Below are positions 1 to 8,132 of a stretch of 37,534 nucleotides of DNA, in pieces. The first letter of the stretch is position 1; each line of letters opens with the position of its first letter. The notes under the pieces are model-generated. The model ran no database searches and was not told where the DNA came from. It saw nothing but the letters and a program-made list of their open reading frames with translations. A program made the position numbers and the translations under genes. This stretch comes from a virus (lineage: Duplodnaviria; Caudoviricetes), in the IMG/VR virus record IMGVR_UViG_3300043218_000070, positions 1 through 37,534 of that record; one strand, written 5' to 3'.

Positions 1-8
1 TCCGATCT
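1..8 (+). other. Illumina adapter remnant (TCCGATCT), assembly artefact
   Basis: Matches the 3' end of the adapter ...CTCTTCCGATCT and is exactly where identity with the terminal repeat stops. Confidence 0.8.
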
Positions 9-134
9 ATCAACATTATAGGGTACTCACCTTGAAGCCTTGTAATTTTCTTATCTCCAAGAGAGTTGAGGTCATATGATGTATAACCGGCGTTGGTGAA
101 AAGAACTTTTATCTCTTTCATTATTGTATATAAG
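9..134. repeat. Terminal direct repeat, left copy (circular assembly overlap)
   Basis: 126 bp identical to 37409-37534 (offset 37,400). Confidence 0.97.
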
Positions 135-773
135 CTAGCCACGAAAAAACATCCTTACGCAAGTAGAATCACCGCCCTTAGGTTTATTGAAAAAAGCATT
201 TTCATCGAGATCACCATAAAATTTATTATGGCAACTTTTAGCCTCTTTTAATTTCTTAGTATATTTATCTGTTAATATTTGTTGGCCCTCAAATGGAGCT
301 CTTGAATCATCAATCAAATCTTGAAATATTTTTATCTCAACAAAACATATTAACACTTCTTTTACATCAAATATAGGGGGGCTATATATTTCTTCATTTG
401 TTGCATCTATTGCAAAATCTCTAAGGAGCTTTCCAAAGTACTCATCACCAATATTAAGGTAAACATTACGGCCTTCATCAATGCCGCCTAAGCCAGTAAA
501 TACGGTCTGTGCACTGTCATTCACCCAATCCTCACCAGCTTCAGCCGGATCTCCTTGAATGACCTTAGCGAACATTTCAACATTTTCAAGTGTGAAATCA
601 GCAAGGACTCTTATCTTTGCGCCGCTTGTAACGCCTGTGAGGACGTCTTTTTTAGCGGCGGCTAATGCCACAGATAGAACAGAGAAAGGCTTATAGTATA
701 GGCTATTTTCGCCGCTTACACAGTCCTTACTGTCTTTATCTGTAAAGTCAATTGGTTGTAATATTGTAGCCAT
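135..773 (-). CDS. Putative head-tail adaptor/neck protein
   Basis: Lies between the gp10-like gene and the tail terminator (across the junction); helical C-terminal half; carries an LTGVTSGAKIRV insert. Confidence 0.5.
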   Translation of the reverse strand: MATILQPIDFTDKDSKDCVSGENSLYYKPFSVLSVALAAAKKDVLTGVTSGAKIRVLADFTLENVEMFAKVIQGDPAEAGEDWVNDSAQTVFTGLGGIDEGRNVYLNIGDEYFGKLLRDFAIDATNEEIYSPPIFDVKEVLICFVEIKIFQDLIDDSRAPFEGQQILTDKYTKKLKEAKSCHNKFYGDLDENAFFNKPKGGDSTCVRMFFRG

Positions 774-1246
774 TATCTTATTGCATCCTGTAGTTGATCA
801 ACCATATCTTCTTCATAATCTTTAAAGAGTTTCTTTTCATTCTTTTTATATGCATCAAGCATAAAAGGGTTTGGTCTCTGACCGTTTGAAGTATGACCAT
901 TTGAAAAGAATCTACTATCACCGGAAGCCCAAGATAAAGCCAGTTTATTTTTTGGCTCTATAACTATTACTTTTTTCTTTGGCCCGTATATTCCGGTACC
1001 ATCATTTATATAATTAATGTAAGGTACTTTCCTTTGCTCAATAAATACTTCTCCGGTTAATCCGGTTACACTGGTATCTATTGCGGCAAGTGTTACACCT
1101 TTTGAATTTTTAAACTTTGTATTTTTAACTGTAAATGAAGCCTGAGCTTCTACCATATTATGAAGTGAATTACTCGCTACTCTTTTGAGTAACGATTGAT
1201 CTTGTAATTTATTTACAAGGTCCTGTAATTCAGTTAAATCAACCAT
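773..1246 (-). CDS. HK97 gp10-like neck/tail-completion protein
   Basis: YINYINDGTGIYGP...KNKLALSW...GQRPNPFM motif pattern typical of this family; synteny. Confidence 0.75.
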   Translation of the reverse strand: MVDLTELQDLVNKLQDQSLLKRVASNSLHNMVEAQASFTVKNTKFKNSKGVTLAAIDTSVTGLTGEVFIEQRKVPYINYINDGTGIYGPKKKVIVIEPKNKLALSWASGDSRFFSNGHTSNGQRPNPFMLDAYKKNEKKLFKDYEEDMVDQLQDAIR

Positions 1247-1274
1247 AAAAAAGAGGGGGCCGAGCGCCCCTTCT
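1247..1274 (-). terminator. Intrinsic (probably bidirectional) terminator after the capsid block
   Basis: GGGGC-GCTCG-GCCCC stem followed by CTCTTTTTT on the minus strand. Confidence 0.7.
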
Positions 1275-1278
1275 CCTT

Positions 1279-1869
1279 TTACTTTTGCGCGTTCTTGAGC
1301 TTATTTAATTCAGCTTGAAGAGTATCAGCTTTTAACTGAGCTTCTTCTTTAGCTTTCTTTTCAATCTCAACCGCTTCAGCCGTTTTAGTAGCTTTGAGAG
1401 TTGCTTTCTTAACATCCTCTAGCGCTTCATTTTTGGCTTTGTTCAGTGCATCAACATCGGTTTGAAGTTCAGCAATTTTTGAAACAGAAGCATCATTTGT
1501 TTTACCAATAGTTGCAACGTCAGTACCGCCGCCCACAATCTCTGACATAAGAGATACAGCTTTAGCTACTGCTTCACTGCTTTCAATAGCTCTTTGTGAT
1601 TGAGTTTTTGAAATCAACTTTTGCGCTTTTGGTACTGCGGTAAAGAAATTAACATCTTTACCCTCAATAAACATCATTTTTTTATCACTGACTTTTTCAA
1701 GCCCTTGCATTTTAGATGTAAATGCTTTTGTTAAAAATCGAGAATCAACAAGGCGGTAACCTTTCTTGATTGCGATTTCAACAACATCTTCTTTGTATGC
1801 CGTTGCCGGCCCCTTATAAATCAGGACCTTAGCAACTTCATCTCTGGTTAATCTTTTTTTACTCATCAT
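1279..1869 (-). CDS. Hypothetical virion-module protein with C-terminal coiled coil
   Basis: 196 aa, GGAG RBS, directly after the capsid gene; A/E/K heptads. Confidence 0.6.
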   Translation of the reverse strand: MMSKKRLTRDEVAKVLIYKGPATAYKEDVVEIAIKKGYRLVDSRFLTKAFTSKMQGLEKVSDKKMMFIEGKDVNFFTAVPKAQKLISKTQSQRAIESSEAVAKAVSLMSEIVGGGTDVATIGKTNDASVSKIAELQTDVDALNKAKNEALEDVKKATLKATKTAEAVEIEKKAKEEAQLKADTLQAELNKLKNAQK

Positions 1870-1877
1870 ACACTCCC

Positions 1878-2858
1878 TTAAGCGTTATCAATTTGAGCGG
1901 CGATATATAAAACACCACCAGTTTCTTTAAGGCTGTCAACATGACGCGGCCAACTTGCGCCGGTTTGCAACTCAGGAGAAGTAGGTGAAGAAGTGCCGTT
2001 TCCAACATCATAAGAATAACCTTTAACTCTCATACTCGCGGTACCTTCACCTTGAATATAAGTATAGAGACGTTCTTTGCCAGTTTTGTCACCATCAACA
2101 ACCATTTTGAAATCACCTGTTTCAAATACGTCACCAGCGCCTTCTGTCAAAACAAGAGCTTTAAACTCATTAGGCACTGCAACATTATCAATAAGAGCAG
2201 GGCAATCTGTGATGATTGTACGCTTTCCTTGAATGTCAATCACAGTAACGTCACCAGCTGTAAAGAGAGCGGCATCATTATCAAGCGCATCACCAATCAG
2301 CTTGTGCTTTGCTGTACCATACATGATTTGAGTTACAAGCGAACCAGAACGATCACTAAAAAGTGCGTAAGTTCTGTTAAGTCCTGCCTGAGAAAAACCT
2401 ACGCCAGAGGTGGCAGATTCATCATTAGTAACATCAGCATTATCTTCAAAAACATTCACCAACACAGTGATTAACTCAAACAAGTATTTTCTGAAAACAA
2501 ATTCAGCTACTTGATTAGAAAGAGTCGCCACTGCCGTATCAGGATCTTTTTCAATCCAAGACAAATCGGCGCCTTTAAGCTGATATGTACCGGTACGGAA
2601 AAAATACTTTACAGTCTTTTGACTTGCAGTTCCAAACTCATTAATATCAGCGGCATCATTAGTACCGTAAATATCTTCAAGTTCTACGTGATCGTCAATA
2701 TCCCAACTGATTTGATCAAAGATTCCACCGGCATATGATAAAGTAGAAAGGCGCAAGGCATTTCCGCTTTTAGCATTCCAAAGATCTATAATCTCATTTA
2801 CTTTTTTGATTGAACCTTCTCTAAGGTTAGTATCAAATACTTTCCAATCTATTAACAT
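1878..2858 (-). CDS. Major capsid protein (HK97 fold)
   Basis: WNAKSGNALRL N-terminal and VKGYSYDVGNGTSSPT..L.TGASW....SLKETGGV C-terminal motifs; 326 aa; follows the scaffold. Confidence 0.88.
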   Translation of the reverse strand: MLIDWKVFDTNLREGSIKKVNEIIDLWNAKSGNALRLSTLSYAGGIFDQISWDIDDHVELEDIYGTNDAADINEFGTASQKTVKYFFRTGTYQLKGADLSWIEKDPDTAVATLSNQVAEFVFRKYLFELITVLVNVFEDNADVTNDESATSGVGFSQAGLNRTYALFSDRSGSLVTQIMYGTAKHKLIGDALDNDAALFTAGDVTVIDIQGKRTIITDCPALIDNVAVPNEFKALVLTEGAGDVFETGDFKMVVDGDKTGKERLYTYIQGEGTASMRVKGYSYDVGNGTSSPTSPELQTGASWPRHVDSLKETGGVLYIAAQIDNA

Positions 2859-2859
2859 A

Positions 2860-3540
2860 TTATGTTACTCCATTTTCACGGCGGGCCTTTAATATTGCGG
2901 CTTCTTCAGCTACAGGCATACCATAAGTTATTTCTTTTTCTGCAAGAGCGGTTTGATCAACAGCTGATCCGGTTGTACCCGCGCCTCCAATATGAACTGA
3001 TTCTGTTAAAAATGGATTATCTTCAGCGGCTTGTTTAGCAAAGGCGTTTAGGTCTTCAATTCCTGACAGCTTGGAAATATTAGCACTTAACAACATATCC
3101 TGAGCCTTTGGATCAGTAATTCCATTATCTGCTAATGCTTTCCGAGCGTTTCCTTTAAGAGTGTTAAGCTCATTAGTTGCTCTCTCACCCTCAAATTTTC
3201 CAGTAATATCACCCAGCTCTTTTGTGAGGGTTGCAAGCTGTTCGTTAACGCTTGCATTCTCAAGTTCTTTGCCTGATGCATTCTCTTTAAAAGAAGAGAT
3301 TGTTTTTTCATACCCTGTTAATTTTTCCGCTATTTTACTAACGATTTCATTAGATGGTATGTTTTCTTCAAACCCAAGCGCTTTGGCAATTTCTTGCTTA
3401 ACAGTCCTTAGGTTGCTTTCATTTGTAACCGCCGTTTCTTTCATTCCAGATAGCGCCGTGTATTTGGCTTCAATCTCAGCTAATGCGGACGTAAAGTCTT
3501 TATTATCCTTGAACTGTTCCTGTAATACTTTAAAATCCAT
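2860..3540 (-). CDS. Capsid scaffolding protein
   Basis: Coiled coil then NPFL..GGAGTTG tail; real start ATG 3540 with AAAAGGA RBS; directly upstream of the capsid gene. Confidence 0.8.
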   Translation of the reverse strand: MDFKVLQEQFKDNKDFTSALAEIEAKYTALSGMKETAVTNESNLRTVKQEIAKALGFEENIPSNEIVSKIAEKLTGYEKTISSFKENASGKELENASVNEQLATLTKELGDITGKFEGERATNELNTLKGNARKALADNGITDPKAQDMLLSANISKLSGIEDLNAFAKQAAEDNPFLTESVHIGGAGTTGSAVDQTALAEKEITYGMPVAEEAAILKARRENGVT

Positions 3541-3556
3541 GTTATTCCTTTTGTAT

Positions 3557-3617
3557 GGCATCGAGCCGATTTTGAATGCATCAAGCATCTATTCATGAAT
3601 TTAGGAATGTTATTATA
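3557..3617 (-). promoter_or_regulatory. Late leader 2: -10 TATAAT plus twin hairpins (loops UUGAU, UCGAU)
   Basis: TATAAT at 3617-3612 without a good -35; ATGC-TTGAT-GCAT and GGC-TCGAT-GCC before the scaffold RBS. Confidence 0.55.
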
Positions 3618-3721
3618 GAGGGTTTTGGGTATCTAAATAAATATTGATTGAATGTTACTTTATTTACTATTTTATAGAGTAATGAACGATAAAGCACTAT
3701 AACACACTAAAAAGGAATACA

Positions 3722-3883
3722 ATGTCCCAAGGAATGAAGCTCAACGATGAAGTGGAAAGAAAACTAAAAGCATTATGTGAAGATGAAACGAGAAACCCTA
3801 CAGCAATGGTTACTCGTTTAATTCATCTCGCATATGTTAAATTAATCAATAGAAAATCTGAAGATAAAAAAGGGAGTGAATAA
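3722..3883 (+). CDS. Ribbon-helix-helix (Arc/CopG-like) DNA-binding protein, not in ORF track
   Basis: 53 aa MSQGMKLNDEVERKLKALCEDETRNPTAMVTRLIHLAY...; AAGGA RBS; TAATG coupling to the next gene. Confidence 0.65.
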   Translation: MSQGMKLNDEVERKLKALCEDETRNPTAMVTRLIHLAYVKLINRKSEDKKGSE

Positions 3884-4377
3884 TGTTTTGGAATAAGAAA
3901 AATAAAGGCTTTAAAGATGGCGGTGTTGTAGAGATGGAACATGAGGCATATAAAATGCTAGTTCAGTACACTGATAAAGCTATTGATGAGCGGCTTAATA
4001 AAAAAATGGAAACATTCAGAGAGCAAGTTATTAAGAAAGATGATAAAATTATTGATAGAGTTGAAAAGCTTGAAGCAATTGTAAAAGCTCTTTGCCCGTG
4101 TAAAGATGTTGACATAGCAGAAGTAAAACAGTCTAAAGAAGATCATGAAAGTGTTGGTATTTTTGATGTTATAATGCCCGCCGCAAGATCAAAAGAAGTA
4201 GCTTTAGAAAATATAAAAAAGAAAAACAGGCTTCTTTACGGCTGTTGGGATTGGACTCCATACACAAAAACCTGTACCCTTTGTGGTGAGGTTGAATTCA
4301 TATCTAAAAAAGAATACCTCACCTATCAAAAAGAAACTATTGAATCTTCTTTAAAGGAGTGTGAAGCTAATGTGTAA
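3883..4377 (+). CDS. Hypothetical protein (coiled coil, CPC and CxxC motifs)
   Basis: 164 aa ORF with GGGAG RBS. Confidence 0.7.
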   Translation: MFWNKKNKGFKDGGVVEMEHEAYKMLVQYTDKAIDERLNKKMETFREQVIKKDDKIIDRVEKLEAIVKALCPCKDVDIAEVKQSKEDHESVGIFDVIMPAARSKEVALENIKKKNRLLYGCWDWTPYTKTCTLCGEVEFISKKEYLTYQKETIESSLKECEANV

Positions 4378-4648
4378 CACTTGCGGCCCTGTTAAATGCT
4401 TTACCTTCACTGATAGTAAAGGTGATGACCATAAAATATTATGCCCTAATCATATTAACGAATTGATAACAGAAGGCGTTCCAGAAGTTGAACCTAAAAC
4501 AGTACATGATTGTGTTGTGAATAAGGTTTTCGATAAAGTTGACAAAGAAGCAATATTAAGAGGTGAAATAATACTACAGAAAGATAGAAGGGTTTACGAG
4601 TCAATCATTCGCCATACTCTTAATATGGCTTTGGAGATATGTAAATGA
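4370..4648 (+). CDS. Hypothetical Zn-binding protein
   Basis: MCNTCG...LCPNH; ATG 4370 has a correctly spaced AAGGAG. Confidence 0.6.
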   Translation: MCNTCGPVKCFTFTDSKGDDHKILCPNHINELITEGVPEVEPKTVHDCVVNKVFDKVDKEAILRGEIILQKDRRVYESIIRHTLNMALEICK

Positions 4649-4821
4649 GTGATTTATATTTAAAAATGTTTATAACTTTTGGTGTGTTAATCATGCCGGT
4701 ATGTATGGTAGGCTCTGTCTTCAGAAAGTTTAGACGCGTTTATAACGCTTGCTTAATACTGTTTATCGCGCTAATAACATTGTGTTGTATTGTTGGCTTA
4801 CTTAAGTTATGGAGCATATAA
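4645..4821 (+). CDS. Small two-TM membrane protein, not in ORF track
   Basis: 58 aa, two hydrophobic helices separated by RKFRR; ATGA/TAATG overlaps on both sides. Confidence 0.7.
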   Translation: MSDLYLKMFITFGVLIMPVCMVGSVFRKFRRVYNACLILFIALITLCCIVGLLKLWSI

Positions 4822-5201
4822 TGGATAATAACACAACAGCCAGAGATTTAAACTCTATTGATTATGATGAACTAAGGCTTGAACAAAAGCCGATTGAAAT
4901 GATTGATATTGATGATGAATTTATTTCTATTGTTAAAAAAGAAGCAAACGTAAATGAAATAAAGGCGCGTTATATTATATCAAAAATGCTCGCATCAAAA
5001 CCAAAGACAGATTTGCAAAAGCTTAAATCTGTCTTTGATGATATTGGCGTTAAGTATGATGAGGATGTAGATCTCGCTGAATCTCCGGAGAAATGCATTC
5101 CCGTTAAGTATACTGAAATGTCAAGAAATATAAATGTTAAAGATGTTGAATTTAAGTTTGTCTCAGGTAAACTACAAAGGATTGTTAATTATGGCCTCTA
5201 A
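4821..5201 (+). CDS. Hypothetical protein; N-terminal helical domain paralogous to 12385-12564
   Basis: Coupled start at TAATG; IDD..VKKE.NVN...A.Y..SK.L motif. Confidence 0.7.
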   Translation: MDNNTTARDLNSIDYDELRLEQKPIEMIDIDDEFISIVKKEANVNEIKARYIISKMLASKPKTDLQKLKSVFDDIGVKYDEDVDLAESPEKCIPVKYTEMSRNINVKDVEFKFVSGKLQRIVNYGL

Positions 5202-5445
5202 AATGAATAATCACATAGATCATGACTCTCAAATATTTCCTATTGAGCATAATATAGGAGATATTGTTTATGTAAAAACAGATGCTAATCAATTACTTGG
5301 AATAGTTACGGGTTATCAATTCAGAGGTAATTGCATAATATACCTAGTCTCTCAAGTGGCCAATGAATATCCATTTAATGATTATGAATTAACTATTGAG
5401 CCCGATCAATTATTAAAATCAATATTAAGCAACAATAATGATTAA
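5191..5445 (+). CDS. Small SH3-like beta-barrel phage protein
   Basis: IGDIVYVKTD...GIVTGY...IYLV pattern; AAGGA RBS before ATG 5191. Confidence 0.55.
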   Translation: MASKMNNHIDHDSQIFPIEHNIGDIVYVKTDANQLLGIVTGYQFRGNCIIYLVSQVANEYPFNDYELTIEPDQLLKSILSNNND

Positions 5446-5455
5446 TTAATAATTT

Positions 5456-5545
5456 TGAAGCGTGGCGGAATAGAGACGCTTGGAAACATGGGATTGGGAT
5501 AAGTACTAACCCCCCCCTTGTAGGAATCGAATCCTACCGTTTTAT
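5456..5545 (+). ncRNA. Degenerate tRNA-like element (Leu-like D arm, T-like arm, no clear anticodon arm)
   Basis: Acceptor TGAAGCG/CGTTTTA; GTGGCGGAATAGAGACGC; GTAGGA-ATCGAA-TCCTAC. Confidence 0.55.
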
Positions 5546-5549
5546 TTAA

Positions 5550-6671
5550 TTAACTATCGGGATAATTAGATAACAAATCACCGGCCCCTCTCAAATTGAC
5601 GGGGGTTTGTGGTTCAATATAAGTTTTATTTGTGCCGTTTTTTTCGGCCTTTTTATTTTGCTTATCAATCGACGCTTGCAGCTTCCCTTTATACTCAGCA
5701 TTAGACCAACTCTCAGGTCTCTTTGTGGTTCTCTTATACTCAGCTCTACAGCTACAATTAGGATGATGTGTTGCAATACTAGCATTCCCAACAGGTACAA
5801 AACCAATATCTTCAGTAGCCACACAATACGGGCAAGGGTTATTTCCTTGAGTGATATTTTTTACATATTGAGTATCAGGATCTTGAACGGCCTCATGATT
5901 TCTCTGTACTGCTAATGTCCGGATTGTTTCAGATCTCGCGAGACGTTCAGCAAAATATTTAGTCTTTCTTTCCATTGCGAAAAACACAGCATTATCAACA
6001 TTTTTACCTAACTCGATAGCATCAATTAAACGCAAATAATCAACTCTCAATCCGGCTGTTTTTATTCTCTTGGCTTGATTCTTAACAGCCCTAATTTGAG
6101 CATGTGAAATCTTCTGACCTTTTACTTTTATTAACTTTCCCTTTTTGTTATAAAAATTCTGCGTAAGATTAACGTCTTTAATCTCTTTAATGTATTTTGG
6201 CAATTCCCTAGTAAACCCTTTTAAGGTATCTTCACCAATGTTGCCAACTATTTGAGATATTGTTTTACCGCCTTTTAGTGATGTTCTAAGGACTTTCTTT
6301 TGTGCCGCTATAATGTCAATAGCATTATTTCTAATTCGCGAAGAGAGCTTTATATTATCATCAAATAGAGACTTATTCCAAAGGTAGTTACCCCAAGCCT
6401 GTTTACTTTTAGCTGGAGCGCCAGATACATATGAAGATTGAACAATTACCTTAACGGTACCGGCTTTAAATTTCTCTATAAAATCGGTACTCACCAAAGC
6501 TTTGTTGTATTCCTTGAGAAGCTTTCTCTGTGCTTCTGCAAGTCCTATATCATTATTAACAATCAACTTTTTTAATGTATCGTTAACCTGATTGTATAGC
6601 TGTAAAGTGAGCTTACTAACTTCATCACTATACTTTATCAGGTTACCTTTTGCGTCTCTATAACTTGGCAT
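5550..6671 (-). CDS. Minor head protein (MuF / SPP1 gp7-like)
   Basis: RLARSET...CPYC...HHPNCSC motifs; directly after the portal. Confidence 0.85.
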   Translation of the reverse strand: MPSYRDAKGNLIKYSDEVSKLTLQLYNQVNDTLKKLIVNNDIGLAEAQRKLLKEYNKALVSTDFIEKFKAGTVKVIVQSSYVSGAPAKSKQAWGNYLWNKSLFDDNIKLSSRIRNNAIDIIAAQKKVLRTSLKGGKTISQIVGNIGEDTLKGFTRELPKYIKEIKDVNLTQNFYNKKGKLIKVKGQKISHAQIRAVKNQAKRIKTAGLRVDYLRLIDAIELGKNVDNAVFFAMERKTKYFAERLARSETIRTLAVQRNHEAVQDPDTQYVKNITQGNNPCPYCVATEDIGFVPVGNASIATHHPNCSCRAEYKRTTKRPESWSNAEYKGKLQASIDKQNKKAEKNGTNKTYIEPQTPVNLRGAGDLLSNYPDS

Positions 6672-8131
6672 TATTCACCATCGTCTTCAATTACCGGCGG
6701 CTTATCAAATGCATCATTGGTAACTTTATCAACTGAGGTCCTTTGTAGGTCCTCAAGTAATTTAGCTCTCTTTGGATTTGATGCATAAGCAATAGCAATC
6801 ATATCAGCGCCGATCTCAACCAATACTTCTTCTTTCATAACAGTTGAATCAATCAATACCTGTAGCGGCTCAAGCTCATCAGCTTTTGTTAGGCTCTCAT
6901 AATCCTTGATGTAAAGAACAGTATACTCTCCCTTGAATTTAATATAGTTTTTCAGTGCTATATTAATCATCCAAGTTTCATTTTCTTCAAGCCTTGAAGC
7001 ATCTTGTTTCTGTTGTTGTATTCTAGTTTTATCGGCCTCTTTACGTGCCTCACCTGATGCCATTACAGAGATATAAATAACACTATTCATATTAGAATTA
7101 AGCTGTTGAACCAATCTCTCAACCTCTTTAATCATAGTTTCTAAATGCGCCGTTGGTGGTGCCACATATGCAGGAGCATTTACATTGTCACCCTGATATA
7201 AAAACATGGCCGCATTAGAAAGATCTATATCAGAATTAATCTTTCCGTTAACCGCCAAGAATGCAAAACAGTTTTTAAAGAATGAATCATTGAACCATGA
7301 AGTAGTATTATATATGGCCTTAACCATTGACAACTCACCGATGTATTTAGATTTAGCTATCCGGCTGGTGTCGTATCTTGTATTATCTTCAAGCAAATCA
7401 ACAGGGAAAAAAGTCGGAAATTTAATATCTGTAATATCATCGCCTGTTTTCCGGAATGTTACAAATCTACCATCTACAGTTTTGAGCCAAATTCTCATAG
7501 TACTATCTTTTGAAGTAGAGGCTTGAGAGTTTTGACGCTGGATATCTTCAAAGTAAACCAGCATATCAAGCGAACCACCGTTATCAATATTGTAGCCTTC
7601 AGTCTGCATAGGCGTTAAGAAATAAGTCCAAGGCATAAGGTCTTTAGATCCATTATTAGCACCTGTACCAGTTGTTTCAATAACTGGACCATCAAGGATT
7701 TCAAAAACAGATCCCATTAGCTTTAAATTCAACAGCTTTCTTCTCTGATATTCGCTCATTGATTCGCCGCGTCTCTTTGTTGGAGACTTGATAAATAGCT
7801 TTACAAATTTATCTTCAATCTCTCTTATTTGAGCCTTTGCAAATATCGCCTCTACTTTTGCATCAAGGTTTGGAGCAAATATATTTTCATAGTGAGCAAG
7901 CTTCTTTCTTGTGCTGAAAAAATCAGGCGTTGGATTTCCATTAGCGTCTTTAGTGGTTCCATCGCCTTCACGGGGAAATCTCTCTAAATAGCTACCATCT
8001 TTGAAGCCGCCCTCACTGTGATACATATCTGTAAGGCCGCGATATTCGGCCAATTGTAGAGCTGAAAATGTAGTATAGGAATAATCTACACCTTCAAATG
8101 TTACTGAGTTTGTTTTTACTGTTGTGGTCAT
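6671..8131 (-). CDS. Portal protein (SPP1-like)
   Basis: 486 aa after terL; YLERFPRE, SGEARK motifs. Confidence 0.85.
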   Translation of the reverse strand: MTTTVKTNSVTFEGVDYSYTTFSALQLAEYRGLTDMYHSEGGFKDGSYLERFPREGDGTTKDANGNPTPDFFSTRKKLAHYENIFAPNLDAKVEAIFAKAQIREIEDKFVKLFIKSPTKRRGESMSEYQRRKLLNLKLMGSVFEILDGPVIETTGTGANNGSKDLMPWTYFLTPMQTEGYNIDNGGSLDMLVYFEDIQRQNSQASTSKDSTMRIWLKTVDGRFVTFRKTGDDITDIKFPTFFPVDLLEDNTRYDTSRIAKSKYIGELSMVKAIYNTTSWFNDSFFKNCFAFLAVNGKINSDIDLSNAAMFLYQGDNVNAPAYVAPPTAHLETMIKEVERLVQQLNSNMNSVIYISVMASGEARKEADKTRIQQQKQDASRLEENETWMINIALKNYIKFKGEYTVLYIKDYESLTKADELEPLQVLIDSTVMKEEVLVEIGADMIAIAYASNPKRAKLLEDLQRTSVDKVTNDAFDKPPVIEDDGE

Positions 8132-8132
8132 A

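Noticed and set aside
9-134. Biological terminal repeat or att site
   Set aside because: Covers an ordinary gene start, is about assembler k-mer length and is preceded by adapter sequence; best explained as circular overlap
3541-3588. N-terminal extension of the scaffold in the ORF track (similarly starts at 19078, 23430, 35153, 5134, 4809)
   Set aside because: Downstream ATGs have better RBSs or stop-start coupling; the scaffold extension overlaps the hairpin leader
2052-3598. + strand ORFs 2052-2474, 2511-2738, 3161-3598, and similar ones at 7206, 20472, 27745, 32103, 33364 and 33748
   Set aside because: Antisense shadows of well-supported genes, with no RBS and S/F/L-rich mirror composition
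3722-4377. RHH plus downstream gene as a toxin-antitoxin pair
   Set aside because: Downstream protein shows no RelE/ParE/PIN/HicA/Doc motifs
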